Assembly: GCA_038227875.1 (NCBI GenBank) | Contig: JBBRPR010000024.1 | Span: 56,559 to 120,558 of the forward strand | Source of the DNA: Planctomycetota bacterium | GTDB taxonomy: Bacteria > Planctomycetota > SZUA-567 > H5-PLA8 | Direction: 5' to 3' | DNA length: 64,000 bases | In this document: one piece after another, positions 9,571-20,074 of the stretch | How the letters are laid out: the number at the start of each line of letters is the position of its first letter | Position numbering within the stretch: position 1 is the first letter of the stretch | Made by a program: the position numbers and the translations under genes | The notes under the pieces: generated by a model | What the model was told of the DNA's origin: nothing | Database searches by the model: none | What the model saw: the letters and a program-made list of their open reading frames with translations, nothing else

Positions 9571-10890
9571 ATGGCGCGGCGAACGAGTGGCGCGGGTTCC
9601 TCGGGTGGAATGAGCAGGGTGCCCGAGCTGTGCAGTTTCTGCAACCGCTCCGCCGACCAGGTGGAACGGCTAATCCAGGGCCCGCCCGAAATCTACATCT
9701 GCAACGAATGCGTTGAACTCTGCAACTCCATCCTGCAGCGCGATGCCCCCGAACGCGGTCGCAACCCGCTCAAACTCAAGCGCGTCCCGACCCCGCAGGA
9801 ACTCAAAGCGGACCTGGACCTCCACGTCATCGGCCAGGAACGCAGCAAGAAGATCCTCTCCGTCGCCGTCCACAATCACTACCAGCGCATTTTAAGCCGC
9901 GAGAAGAACCGCGGCGACGACGTCGAGCTCGAAAAGAGCAACGTCCTCATGATCGGACCGACCGGCTGCGGCAAAACGCTGATGGCCCGCACGCTCGCGC
10001 GCACGCTGCAGGTGCCCTTCGCCATCGGCGACGCCACGACTCTGACGGAAGCCGGCTACGTCGGCGAAGACGTCGAAAACATTCTCCTCCGCCTGCTCCA
10101 GGCCGCCGACCACGATCTCGACGCCGCCGAACGCGGCATCATCTACATCGATGAAATCGACAAGATCGGCCGCAAGAGCGAGAATCCGTCGATCACCCGC
10201 GACGTCTCCGGCGAAGGCGTGCAGCAGGCGCTGCTTAAGATTCTCGAAGGCACCACCGCCAACATCCCCCCGCAGGGCGGCCGCAAGCATCCCGAACAGA
10301 AATACATTCAGATGGACACCAGCAACATCCTGTTCATCGCCGGCGGCACGTTCGAAGGGATCGAAGAACACATCGCCAGCCGCATTGGCAAGAAGCGCCT
10401 TGGTTTCGGCGGCGAAGGCCGCGACGAGAACTACATGAAGGATCGCGCCAAGCTCCTGAAGTTCGTCGAGACCGACGACATCCTGAAGTTCGGCATGATT
10501 CCCGAACTGATCGGCCGCTTCCCCATCTGCGCGCCGCTGGAGCCGCTCGACGAAGCCGCGTACATCAACATCCTGACGCAGCCCAAGAACGCGCTGACCA
10601 AGCAGTACAAGAAGTTCCTCGAGCTGGCCGGCGCGCGCCTGGAATTCGAACCCGATGCGCTGAAAGCGATCGCCAAAAAAGCCGCCTCCAAAGGCACCGG
10701 CGCCCGCGGCCTGCGCAGCGTGATCGAAGAAGTGATGCTGGAGATCATGTACGAAATCCCGTCGCGCAAGGACATCACCGAAGTGGTGATCACGCGCGAG
10801 ATGGTAGAGAAGGGCGCGCGAGCCTTCGAAAAAAGCACCCCCGACATGATCCCCGCCAGAACCGAAAACCCCAAACGCGAAAGCGCGTGA
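9571..10890 (+). CDS. clpX: ATP-dependent Clp protease ATP-binding subunit
   Basis: C4 zinc finger CSFC..ICNEC, Walker [28 protein letters not shown]. Confidence 0.97.
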   Translation: MARRTSGAGSSGGMSRVPELCSFCNRSADQVERLIQGPPEIYICNECVELCNSILQRDAPERGRNPLKLKRVPTPQELKADLDLHVIGQERSKKILSVAVHNHYQRILSREKNRGDDVELEKSNVLMIGPTGCGKTLMARTLARTLQVPFAIGDATTLTEAGYVGEDVENILLRLLQAADHDLDAAERGIIYIDEIDKIGRKSENPSITRDVSGEGVQQALLKILEGTTANIPPQGGRKHPEQKYIQMDTSNILFIAGGTFEGIEEHIASRIGKKRLGFGGEGRDENYMKDRAKLLKFVETDDILKFGMIPELIGRFPICAPLEPLDEAAYINILTQPKNALTKQYKKFLELAGARLEFEPDALKAIAKKAASKGTGARGLRSVIEEVMLEIMYEIPSRKDITEVVITREMVEKGARAFEKSTPDMIPARTENPKRESA

Positions 10891-10988
10891 GCCCTTTGTA
10901 GTCCGGGCGGCTCGCCCGGAAATTTTAAACAGAACTCAATACGAACACGATATTTCGCAGCGACAAATCTATCGCGACAGCAAGAACC

Positions 10989-11939
10989 CTACTGCTGCTT
11001 CTTCGGATCCAACGCATCCCGCAATCCATCACCGAGGAGATTGAACGCTAGCACGGTCAGCACGATCGCCAGCCCCGGAAAGACAGCCAGCCACCACGCC
11101 TCACGGTAATTCTCTCGCGCTTCCGCCAGCATCGCGCCCCAACTCGGATAAGGCTCCTGAACTCCCAGCCCGAGGAACGACAGCCCCGCTTCGCCAAGAA
11201 TATTTCCGCCCACAGACAGAGTCGCGACAATAATCACAGGACCCAGGCAATTCGGAAGGATATGACGAAACAGGATGCGCACCGTTCCCGTGCCCAGCGC
11301 CCGTGCCGCTGAGATGTAATCGCGCGTTTTCAGCGATAAGACCTGCGACCGCACGACGCGCGCCATGCCGGTCCAACCCACCAAACCCAACGCGAGGAAC
11401 ACCACCCAAAGACTCGGCTTGTCGAAAATCGCCGTGATCGCCACCGCCAGTAGCACGCTCGGAAACGCAAATACCGTATCGGTGAAACGCATGCAGACGG
11501 AATCGATCCATCCGCCGTAGAAACCGCTGACCAACCCCATGCCCACGCCGACAAGGAGTCCAATGAACGTGGCCGAGATACCCACGGCCAGACTAACGCG
11601 CGTTCCATATATAATTCTGGAGAGCGTGTCGCGGGCGTTGGAGTCTGTTCCCAGGGGGAAAAATTGCAACCCGGCTTGCGACTCATTCTCGGGGTATTCA
11701 ATGGTCATCCGCGTCCACGGCGGCTGATTTTCCGCGCCGCGAAATTGCTCGTCGTAGCCGTGCGGCGCCAGCCACGGCCCAAAGGCCACAACCAACATCA
11801 GGAAAGCAATGAAAATCACCGCGACCAATGCAGCTCGATTGGCGGCCACCCGGCCCAGCAATGCCCACCAAGGACCCGCGGCGGTGCGGGGTTGGAGCGC
11901 ATTTTCGGCGGTGGCAAGTACATCGGCAGTGTTACTCAT
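10989..11939 (-). CDS. Peptide ABC transporter permease (DppC/OppC type)
   Basis: PLGTD..ARD, EAA-loop AARALG, EAGLSFLGLG, NLLGDGLRDALDP. Confidence 0.92.
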   Translation of the reverse strand: MSNTADVLATAENALQPRTAAGPWWALLGRVAANRAALVAVIFIAFLMLVVAFGPWLAPHGYDEQFRGAENQPPWTRMTIEYPENESQAGLQFFPLGTDSNARDTLSRIIYGTRVSLAVGISATFIGLLVGVGMGLVSGFYGGWIDSVCMRFTDTVFAFPSVLLAVAITAIFDKPSLWVVFLALGLVGWTGMARVVRSQVLSLKTRDYISAARALGTGTVRILFRHILPNCLGPVIIVATLSVGGNILGEAGLSFLGLGVQEPYPSWGAMLAEARENYREAWWLAVFPGLAIVLTVLAFNLLGDGLRDALDPKKQQ

Positions 11940-12843
11940 TGTGCCGGATCCGAGGGTCGAGAACGCCGTAGAACAAATCGACGACGAGATTGGCGGTGAC
12001 GAAGATCACGGCGAAGAACAGGCAGCCGCCAATGATTACGGGATGGTCACGTTCGCTGATGGCCTGAAACACCACTCGCCCAAGACCCGGAATGGAGCAG
12101 GCAGTTTCAGTCAGCACCGCGCCCCCCAGCAGCGCGGCCAGATCGGTTCCGATGACCGTGGTGATCGGCACCAGCACATTGGGGAACGCATGGGTCAGCA
12201 TCGTGCGCAGTGGTCCCCGGCCCTTCGCTCGCGCGGTGCGCACGTAGCCTTCGGACATTTCGGCCAGCATGCAGTTGCGCGTGAGGCGCGCGAGCATCGC
12301 GGTGTTCAACAGGCCCAGCGTGGCAATGGGAATGATCAGGTATTTCCAGTCGGCATCGGGCCGCGGAATCGGCAGCCAGTTCAGGTGGACCGCGAAGATC
12401 AGGGTCAGGATCATGGCCAGAAAAAATGCGGGGACCGATACGCCGAAGCTGGAAATTGCCGCAGACGAATAGTCAATCATCGTGCGGGGGCGGTAGGCGG
12501 AAAGGAGTCCTGAAAACAAGCCGAGACACACGGCGATGCACATGGCCGATACGGCCACGCGCGCGGTGACTGCCGCGCCTTCCATGATCATGGAAAAGAC
12601 AGGGCGGTGATGACGGTAGCTGTCACCGAGGTCGCCGCGAAAATAGCGGCCCAGCTGCTCGTACCAGGGCCTGTTGAGCCCCAGGCTTTCGCGGATTTTC
12701 GCGCGCTCCGCGGCCGTGGCGCGTGGACTGGCGATGATGTTCGTCGGATCGCCCGACAATTTCAGCAGCGCGAAACAGATGAGAATGATGCCGATGAACA
12801 CCGGAATCGATTGCAACAGCCGCCGCAGAAGAAATGTCGCCAT
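11932..12843 (-). CDS. Peptide ABC transporter permease (DppB/OppB type)
   Basis: GDLGDS, YVRTARAKG, NLVVDLFYGVLDPRIR. Confidence 0.92.
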   Translation of the reverse strand: MATFLLRRLLQSIPVFIGIILICFALLKLSGDPTNIIASPRATAAERAKIRESLGLNRPWYEQLGRYFRGDLGDSYRHHRPVFSMIMEGAAVTARVAVSAMCIAVCLGLFSGLLSAYRPRTMIDYSSAAISSFGVSVPAFFLAMILTLIFAVHLNWLPIPRPDADWKYLIIPIATLGLLNTAMLARLTRNCMLAEMSEGYVRTARAKGRGPLRTMLTHAFPNVLVPITTVIGTDLAALLGGAVLTETACSIPGLGRVVFQAISERDHPVIIGGCLFFAVIFVTANLVVDLFYGVLDPRIRHNE

Positions 12844-12865
12844 GGATCTGTCGCCTGAGCAGCCC

Positions 12866-14482
12866 CTACTTTTCCAGATCGACCGTCGAGAACTCGATCT
12901 GGTTCAGGTAGTGACCGACATCGAGCGGACAGAGTTTTCCCTTCACGTTTTTGACGTAGGGCTGGAGCAGGATCACATTGATGCGATTGTCCATGAGAGC
13001 CCACGGCAGTTCGCCGAGAATGATTTTTTCGGCCTTCTGGTAGAGCTCTATGCGCTTGGCCTGATCCATCGTCTTGCGCGCATTGTCAAGGAGCGTGTCG
13101 ACTTCCGGGTTCTTATAGCGCGTCTCGTTACCAGCTTCGCCCCACTGGCGGGAATGGAAAAGATAGTACAGGAAGTTGTCAGGATCGTTGTAGTCCGCAA
13201 CCCACCCCAGGTAGAACATGTCCGGCGGTTCCTTGCCAACGCGTTCCAGAAACGCGCCCCAGTCGAGCGCCTGAAGATCGACCTTCAACCCAATGGCCTG
13301 CAGATCGTGGTGAATCGATACGACGATCTTCTTGATGTCGGGATCGTTCTTGTAGAGAAACGTCAGCGGCCGCAGACCTTCGCCCTTCGGATACCCAGCC
13401 TCCGCCAGCAACGTGCGCGCTTTGGCCGGATCGTATTTCGAAGCGATGAGGTCGTTGCTGTGTGCCATCATGCCTTCAGGCAGAATGCTGTTGGCGGGTT
13501 TGCCGCGGCCTTCGAGAATGACTTCGCAGATGTATTTGCGGTTCACGGCCAGATTGATGGCCTCGCGCAGTTTCGGGTTGGTACCGACCGGATCGGCGGG
13601 AATCGATTTTCCGTCCGCGATTGTGTTCATCGCCATGCCGAGGTAATTGGTGCGGAAGGTCGAGTTCTCCGAAATCCATTCCGGATGGCCTTCTCGCATT
13701 TTCTTCACGCTACCCAGCGGAATGTCGCAGACTTCGAATTCGCCCTGCTGAAACAAGTCGAGGCGGGCCTGCGGCGCGGGAATCACTTCAAACGTTACGC
13801 CGTCAAGCTTCGGCGCTCCAAGGAAGTAGTCGGCGTTCCGTTCGAGCACAATTTTGGCGTTCTCTTTCCATTCCACCAGTTTGAACGGTCCCGTGCCGCA
13901 CGGTTTTCGGGAGAACGCGCCAGCGGCTTTGTCCACTTCCTCTTTCGGAATGATCGAGGCGTTCACCATGCCGATTTCGAGCAAGAAAGTCGGCGACGGT
14001 CCGGTCAGCGTGATTTTGACGGTGTAGTCGTCGACGATTGCGATTCCCGGCACGTCCTTGGCCTTGCCGTCGATCTTGTCTTTCGCGCCAACGACCGGTT
14101 CCAGAATCTGCGTGCGCTGCGAGACATTCGGATCGAGCAGACGTTCCCACGAGTATTTCACATCGGCGGCTTTGACTTCGCGGCCGTTGTGGAACTTCAC
14201 CCCTTTGCGCAATTTGAACGTATAGCTGTTGTCCGCCGTGTTCCATTCCGGGACGGCTTCGGCCAGATCTGGCGCCGGCTTCATTTCTGCATTAAAGCGG
14301 ACCAGACCATTGAAGATCTTTCGGGCGACGCCATCGGAAGTCACATCTTGAATTTGTACCGGGTCGAGGGAAGGAGGATTCTCGGAGAGCGGAATGCGGA
14401 AGATCTTCTTGCCTTCGGCGGCCCGGGTAACGGAGCTCACCGCGAGGACAACCACCAGTGCCGCGAAAATGCGTCGTGTCAT
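12866..14482 (-). CDS. Peptide ABC transporter substrate-binding protein (family 5)
   Basis: Signal peptide, SLDP, FKLRKGVKFHNG, GTGPFKLVEW, WVADYNDPDNFL. Confidence 0.92.
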   Translation of the reverse strand: MTRRIFAALVVVLAVSSVTRAAEGKKIFRIPLSENPPSLDPVQIQDVTSDGVARKIFNGLVRFNAEMKPAPDLAEAVPEWNTADNSYTFKLRKGVKFHNGREVKAADVKYSWERLLDPNVSQRTQILEPVVGAKDKIDGKAKDVPGIAIVDDYTVKITLTGPSPTFLLEIGMVNASIIPKEEVDKAAGAFSRKPCGTGPFKLVEWKENAKIVLERNADYFLGAPKLDGVTFEVIPAPQARLDLFQQGEFEVCDIPLGSVKKMREGHPEWISENSTFRTNYLGMAMNTIADGKSIPADPVGTNPKLREAINLAVNRKYICEVILEGRGKPANSILPEGMMAHSNDLIASKYDPAKARTLLAEAGYPKGEGLRPLTFLYKNDPDIKKIVVSIHHDLQAIGLKVDLQALDWGAFLERVGKEPPDMFYLGWVADYNDPDNFLYYLFHSRQWGEAGNETRYKNPEVDTLLDNARKTMDQAKRIELYQKAEKIILGELPWALMDNRINVILLQPYVKNVKGKLCPLDVGHYLNQIEFSTVDLEK

Positions 14483-14593
14483 TGAAAGTCCTTCTCCTGT
14501 GAAATGGACGATGTATCCGAGAGAAGATTCAATTCTTTTGGATCTGCGGTGGGCAGTATAACCACCGGTTTGCAGTTTGCTTCGCCAGAACGG

Positions 14594-14846
14594 GAACGAA
14601 CAGCCGAACGGATGGCATCGGAGACCGGGGACCGGGCATCAGGCATCGGTCTGCGGGTAAGTGCGAAGAAGGGTCGTGAACGTTTCGCAATGGTTGTAGT
14701 TCTTTGACAACTCATATAGAAGGTGGTCGGCGGGGTAAGGGGGGCTGGGCCGTGCGCCTGCACCCATTGACCGATGCCCGGTGCCCGATCCCCGATGCCA
14801 TTTGTTCGGCCGTTCGCCCGATCCCCGGTGCCATCCGTTCGTTCGC
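14594..14846. repeat. Inverted heptamer-repeat hairpin element (GGCATCG family)
   Basis: Left arm gatggcatcgg...ggcatcggt; right arm accgatgcc...ccatcc; ~120-nt spacer; related to 53868-54041. Confidence 0.7.
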
Positions 14847-15000
14847 CTCGGGCGAATAAAACTTGACGACGCCCCATCCCTCTATAAGCTTTACGTCCCT
14901 CATGGATTGGCGGCCGTTTGGCCGCCGCTTTTGTTGGAAGTCTGTTCGTCTTCCGGCCTTGCGCCGGACGTACGGGTGTAAAGAAAAGGTAGAGAACGTC

Positions 15001-15216
15001 ATGGCAAATCCGAAACGAAGGCATTCAGTCTCCCGCAAGCGCATGCGCCGCGCGCATGATGCGCTGGTTTCCCCGCGTCTGGGCGTCTGTTCCAAGTGTG
15101 GCCAGCAGAACCGTTCGCACCAGATCTGCGGCTACTGCGGCTACTACCGTGGCGTGGAAGTGATCAAGGTCGATGCCGGCGAACCGGAAGCTCCGGCCGC
15201 TGACAAGAAGGCTTAG
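15001..15216 (+). CDS. rpmF: 50S ribosomal protein L32
   Basis: MANPKRRHSVSRKRMRRAH...CSKC...CGYCGYYRG. Confidence 0.95.
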   Translation: MANPKRRHSVSRKRMRRAHDALVSPRLGVCSKCGQQNRSHQICGYCGYYRGVEVIKVDAGEPEAPAADKKA

Positions 15217-15420
15217 CAGCCCGTGATAAACCCTAGGCCGACGCCGCGAAACGCCTTTACTGCCAGGCGTTTCACTGTGAAACTCGGTGGAATTGACCTT
15301 TTTCAACGGGCTGTCGCTGTTCGCGTCGTCACTTCCATTTTCTATCCGTCCTGTAAAATGTGAGGGGTCGGGCGGCCGAATGCGGTCGCCCGCGAAAACG
15401 CGCAACCGGGCTTTCGTGGT

Positions 15421-16440
15421 ATGACTGCACCGCAATCACAGTCCCTGCTGACGTCCGCCATCTACGGCACCGGTTCCTACGCGCCGCCGAAGGTGATGAC
15501 CAATCACGACTTCAGCAAGATGATCGACACCAGTGACGAGTGGATCACGTCCCGCACCGGAATCAAAGAACGCCGCATCGCCGCGGCCGGCGAAGTCACC
15601 AGCGACATCTGCCTTCATTCGGCCCGCGCCGCGCTTGAAAACGCCGGCGTCAAAGCCGAAGAACTCGACCTGATCATGGTCGCGACCGTCACCCCCGATT
15701 ACCAGATGCCGTCCACGGCCTGTATCCTGCAGCAGAAGCTGGGCATCGCCGCGCTGAATGTTCCGGCGTTTGATCTTTCGGCAGCCTGCTCGGGATTTGT
15801 GTACGGAATGTCGATTGCCGACGCGTACATTCGCTGCGGCACCTACAAGCGCATCCTGGTTGTCGGCGCGGAAGTGCTGTCGCGCATCATGGATTACAAA
15901 GACCGCACGTCCTGCATTTTGTTCGGCGACGGTGGCGGCGCGGTGGTCATGGGTCCGGCCCGCGAGAACGGACCGAGCCACGAATTGATGTCCACGCGGA
16001 TGCTGGCTGACGGAAGCGGCGCGATGTCGCTGTTGATTCCCGGCGGCGGCAATCAGAATCCCGCGTCCCCGGCAACCGTCTCGGAAAATTCCCATGTCGT
16101 GCGGCTGGATGGCAAGGAAGTCTTTCGCTTCGGAATTACCGTCGCGGTGGAATTGATCAAAGACGCGATGACGCGGCACAATCTCAAGGCTGAAGACATC
16201 GGCTGTATCATTCCGCATCAGGCCAACATCCGGATCATCGAATCGGCCGCCGAACGGCTGAATCTTCCGCTGAGCCTCTTCTTCACCAATCTCGACCGCT
16301 ACGGCAACACCTCCGCCGGATCCGTCCCTCTCGCGCTCGACGAAGCCAACCGCTCCAACCGTATGCCCAAAGGCAAGCCGGTGATCATGGTGGCATTTGG
16401 CGCGGGGTTGACGTGGACCAGCGCGGTGGTTCAGTGGTAA
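15421..16440 (+). CDS. fabH: 3-oxoacyl-ACP synthase III
   Basis: DTSDEWITSRTGI, AACSGF, PHQAN, YGNTSAGS, FGAGLTW. Confidence 0.95.
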   Translation: MTAPQSQSLLTSAIYGTGSYAPPKVMTNHDFSKMIDTSDEWITSRTGIKERRIAAAGEVTSDICLHSARAALENAGVKAEELDLIMVATVTPDYQMPSTACILQQKLGIAALNVPAFDLSAACSGFVYGMSIADAYIRCGTYKRILVVGAEVLSRIMDYKDRTSCILFGDGGGAVVMGPARENGPSHELMSTRMLADGSGAMSLLIPGGGNQNPASPATVSENSHVVRLDGKEVFRFGITVAVELIKDAMTRHNLKAEDIGCIIPHQANIRIIESAAERLNLPLSLFFTNLDRYGNTSAGSVPLALDEANRSNRMPKGKPVIMVAFGAGLTWTSAVVQW

Positions 16441-16450
16441 AGAACGGATC

Positions 16451-16575
16451 ATTTTCCATTTTCCATTTGTGATTTTCCATTTTCCATCGGAACGACCAGC
16501 GCGTGTCCTTGCGCGATGTTTCCGCTTGCGAAATGGAAAATGGAATATGACCGATGGAAAATGGAAAATGAAAAA
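16451..16575. repeat. Inverted heptamer-repeat hairpin (CATTTTC/GAAAATG) between fabH and fabD
   Basis: attttccattttccat... facing ...atggaaaatggaaaatg. Confidence 0.75.
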
Positions 16576-16592
16576 CGAAAGAGGACTCTGCC

Positions 16593-17540
16593 ATGCCTGA
16601 CACCCAACCTCTCGTTCTCGTCTTCCCCGGCCAGGGCGCGCAAGTCGTCGGGATGGGCAAGGATCTCGCGGCGGCGTTGCCTGAGGTCCGCGCGATGTTT
16701 GAGCAGGCGGATGCGCTGCTGGGAATTCCGCTCTCGAAGACGATGTTCGACGGGCCTGACACGGCGCTGGTCGATACGGCGGTGCAGCAGCCGGCGCTGG
16801 TGCTGATCGGGCTGGCGATCAAGAAGGCGCTGGAAATTCGGCACGGCATCACGCTGCCGGTTGTCGCGGCGGCGGGGTTGTCGCTGGGTGAATACGCGGC
16901 GCTCTCCGCGGTCGGCGCGCTGAAGTTTGAAGACGCGCTGATGCTGGTCCGCAAGCGTGGCGAACTGATGCGCATGGCGTCAGAGAAAGTGCCCTGCGGC
17001 ATGGCGGTGGTGATGAACCTCGCGCCGGAAAAAGTCCAGGCGGCGTGCGAGCAGGCGGCGAAAGAAACCGGCGGCATAGTCTCCGCGTCGAATTTCAACG
17101 GCGGCGGCCAGATCGTGATCGGCGGCGCGCTTGATCCGCTCGCGAAAGCCAGTGAGCTCTGCAAAGCGGCGGGCGCAAAGCGCGTCTTGAAACTCGCGGT
17201 GGCCGGCGCGTTTCACACGGCGCTGATGCAGCCGGCGTCGGATGGCTTCAACCCGGTGCTCGACGCGGCGGCCATTCAGCCCGCGGGAGCGCCGGTCTAC
17301 GCGAATGTCTCGGCCTCGCCGGTGCGAACGCCCGATGAAATCCGCGACGCGCTGAAGCGCCAGATCACCAGCCCGGTGCGCTGGGAGCAGACGATCCAGA
17401 ATATCGTCGCGGCCGGCCACACGAAGTTTTTGGAGCTCGGACCGGGCAGCACCGTCAGCAACATGATCAAGCGCATCGCACCGAACGCGGAATGCGCCGC
17501 GGTGTCGACGTGGGAACAGGTCGAGCAGTTTAAGTTGTAA
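16593..17540 (+). CDS. fabD: Malonyl-CoA-ACP transacylase
   Basis: FPGQGAQ, GLSLGEY, GAFHT, SPVRW, ELGPG. Confidence 0.93.
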   Translation: MPDTQPLVLVFPGQGAQVVGMGKDLAAALPEVRAMFEQADALLGIPLSKTMFDGPDTALVDTAVQQPALVLIGLAIKKALEIRHGITLPVVAAAGLSLGEYAALSAVGALKFEDALMLVRKRGELMRMASEKVPCGMAVVMNLAPEKVQAACEQAAKETGGIVSASNFNGGGQIVIGGALDPLAKASELCKAAGAKRVLKLAVAGAFHTALMQPASDGFNPVLDAAAIQPAGAPVYANVSASPVRTPDEIRDALKRQITSPVRWEQTIQNIVAAGHTKFLELGPGSTVSNMIKRIAPNAECAAVSTWEQVEQFKL

Positions 17541-17557
17541 GAGGCTGTTGCGATAAA

Positions 17558-18078
17558 CTAGCGCGTGAGGAAACCCCAGCCGCCTTTCTTCAACTTGAAG
17601 GCGCTGATCGCGCTGTCCAAGTCGTCCTTGATCTCGATCATCTTATCCAACTGCGTGATTTTAAAGACGTCGCGCACGGCCGGGCAGACTTTGCAGAGCT
17701 TCAGGTCGCCCTTTTCTTCCTTGATCGCCTTGTAGAGCGCAATGAACTGCCGCAGCACGGCCGACGACAAATATTGGACGTTGCCCATGTCGATGACCAT
17801 CTGATCATGTACTGCTTCTTCACCAGGTCCATCAGCTGGCGGCCGAGCTCGTTGATGTTGGTTTCGTCGAGGATCCGGCTTTCCAGCAAGGTCACGACCG
17901 CGACATTGTCCGGCCCGACGATGGCCGAAAGCTTCGGCGGCGCTTTGCCGGGAATGAATTTCGAAGCCGGCTTCAACAGTGGCGGATGCAACGCGGGTTG
18001 TGCCGGCTGAGCCGGTTGACCGGGCTGAGGATTGGATCCCGGCGCTGGCGACGACGGTGGCACTGGATTGGTCGACAT
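17558..18078 (-). pseudogene. STAS-domain anti-sigma factor antagonist with Pro-rich N-terminus, frameshifted near 17800
   Basis: RILDETNINELGRQL in one frame; VIDMGNVQYLSSAVL...VFKITQLD in the next. One added A would restore the frame. Confidence 0.75.
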
Positions 18079-18190
18079 AATTCTCCCTCGCGTGCGTGCT
18101 ATTCTGGACTAACCGTTATACTAATTGACAACAACCTTGCATCTCCACTTTAATCCAACATAATCCACAACGTTTCCAGTTTATAAGGGA

Positions 18191-19810
18191 GTGTGCGTGC
18201 GAACCCCTTCTTCCTGCAGCGAATCTAAATCATGGGTTACACCGGTGCTGGTCTCAGCGCTGCTGTTTTCCATGGCTGGATGCAGCAGCGAAGACGACCG
18301 CCGCTACGAGCCGCCGCCGACCGTACCGCCTGTCACCCACACGCCGATCACCGCGCCGGGCGTTGCCGGAGCGGCGTCGGCCTCCGCGGCGCAACTGGTT
18401 CCGCCGCTGCGCCGCACCGCGCAAACATCCGTCGGGGAGAACGAGGGCTTCGGCGGACTTGAACTCGACGCGAAGCAGGACGTGATCGGTTTTCAGGCCA
18501 CGAAGACGCCGGCCGGCACCGTCGTTCACGCCCACGGGCTGGTCGCTTCCGATGAACAATTGAAACCGGCGCTGGCGAAGCTGGCGGATCTCGGCTTCAA
18601 GGCCGATGGCGCGGCCGGTTCGCCGATTTGGACGATGACGATTACAGCTGACGGCCGGCCTGCGTTCGACGTGCGGCTGGGCACCGAACTGCAGGCGAAC
18701 GCCGGCCGCATCGACGCGACCGCCAACCGACTGCGCCGCAACCAGCCGGGACGGCTGCTGAAGAACGATGACGCCACGGGTGGATTTCTGCCGCGCCGGC
18801 TCGTCTACACCGGCCAGTCCCTGGACATCGCCTTCGCTGACACCACCGGCGATCCGCATTGGTTCATCGCCGTCAAGGGCGGCTATCTACGCGGCGGGCG
18901 TTTGTTCGTGGGAGAAGACGGCGCGTTGCGCATCGAAAAGTACGAACTTGCGGCGCAACTTCCGGCGATTCCGAAGAACACCGAGCAGCTCAAAGTGAGC
19001 GCCGACGGCCGCGTGATCGCGCTGCGCACCGATGGCATCGCCGAAGCGCTGGGCCGGCTGCCGCTGATCAATATTCAGAACGAAAAGCTGACGCTTAACG
19101 AAGACGGCTTGGCGGTGCTCGACGGCGAACGCGCGCTCTCCTCCGATCTGGCGGCCAGCGAAGCGCCGGTGCGTGCCGGGCATCTCGAGTACCCCGCGCC
19201 CGATCGCAGCCTGGAACTAAAGAAACTCGGCGCGGAGCTCAGCGTCCGCCGCGCGCTCGAAGCGCTCTCGGTGACGCTGGCGAACCCGGCTGCCTCCGCC
19301 AAAGCCGGCGATGAACCGGTCGTGATCTACGCCGACCTGCCGTGGTCGGAACGCCATCTCAAAGCGCTGGGCATCCCCGTCGAACACAGCACGGGCCACA
19401 CCACGCTGATGATGGACGGCGACCCGCGCAAACTCGCCGCCGCTCTGGCCAAGGTGCTGCAGGTCCTGCGCGTGCGCATGTCCCTCCACGATCAGAACCT
19501 GCGCAACGCCGATCGTCTCCGCGACGCCGACAACCGTCTCAATCCCTACCGGCGCAAGACGCTGACCATCGACGCGCAGGGCGAAGCCGTCGAAGGCGAC
19601 GACCCCGCGCCGTTTCCGAAAACGTTCAAGCCCGGCGATCCCAACGCCGACGGCGAAGGATTCATCAGCCTGCCCAACGTCAACCGCGCCGTCGAGACCG
19701 CCGAATTCCAGGCCGCGCGCGAAGAATATAAACTCGTCCGCGCCGCCGCCGAACGCCTTGAGCCCCACAGCATTTTCCCGGACCCGCCAGCGATACCGCA
19801 GAAGGAATAG
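18191..19810 (+). CDS. Lipoprotein with degenerate FlgG/FlgF-like and FlgC-like flagellar rod domains
   Basis: Lipobox-like SMAGC; TGQSLDIA..YLRGG..IPKNTEQLKVSADG..GHLE (FlgG-like); RVRM..NLRNAD..PYRRK..PGDPNADGEGFISLPNVN (FlgC-like). Confidence 0.65.
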   Translation: MCVRTPSSCSESKSWVTPVLVSALLFSMAGCSSEDDRRYEPPPTVPPVTHTPITAPGVAGAASASAAQLVPPLRRTAQTSVGENEGFGGLELDAKQDVIGFQATKTPAGTVVHAHGLVASDEQLKPALAKLADLGFKADGAAGSPIWTMTITADGRPAFDVRLGTELQANAGRIDATANRLRRNQPGRLLKNDDATGGFLPRRLVYTGQSLDIAFADTTGDPHWFIAVKGGYLRGGRLFVGEDGALRIEKYELAAQLPAIPKNTEQLKVSADGRVIALRTDGIAEALGRLPLINIQNEKLTLNEDGLAVLDGERALSSDLAASEAPVRAGHLEYPAPDRSLELKKLGAELSVRRALEALSVTLANPAASAKAGDEPVVIYADLPWSERHLKALGIPVEHSTGHTTLMMDGDPRKLAAALAKVLQVLRVRMSLHDQNLRNADRLRDADNRLNPYRRKTLTIDAQGEAVEGDDPAPFPKTFKPGDPNADGEGFISLPNVNRAVETAEFQAAREEYKLVRAAAERLEPHSIFPDPPAIPQKE

Positions 19811-19818
19811 CGGCCTTG

Positions 19819-20031
19819 CGGCCGAGGGGTCAGGGGTCAGAGGTGGGCGGGAGCAGGCGACATTCAGGCAGTTGCAGCGCGGTCGTGAAAAGTAGGCAGA
19901 CGGCACCAGGCACCAGTCAGAAAGCAGAACGACCCTTAACTCACACAGTACTCAACCGGGCGGAACGCATATTCATCAGGAGGACATCCCCACGTCTGAC
20001 CCCTGGCCCCTGACCCCTGACCCCTCGGCCG
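19819..20031. repeat. Inverted heptamer-repeat hairpin element (GGGGTCA/TGACCCC)
   Basis: cggccgaggggtcaggggtcag ... ctgacccctgacccctcggccg with ~140-nt spacer; same family as 55964-56203. Confidence 0.8.
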
Positions 20032-20074
20032 TCAGGCCGCGCCACCTGCCCCCTGGCCTCTGGGCCGCAAGGCC

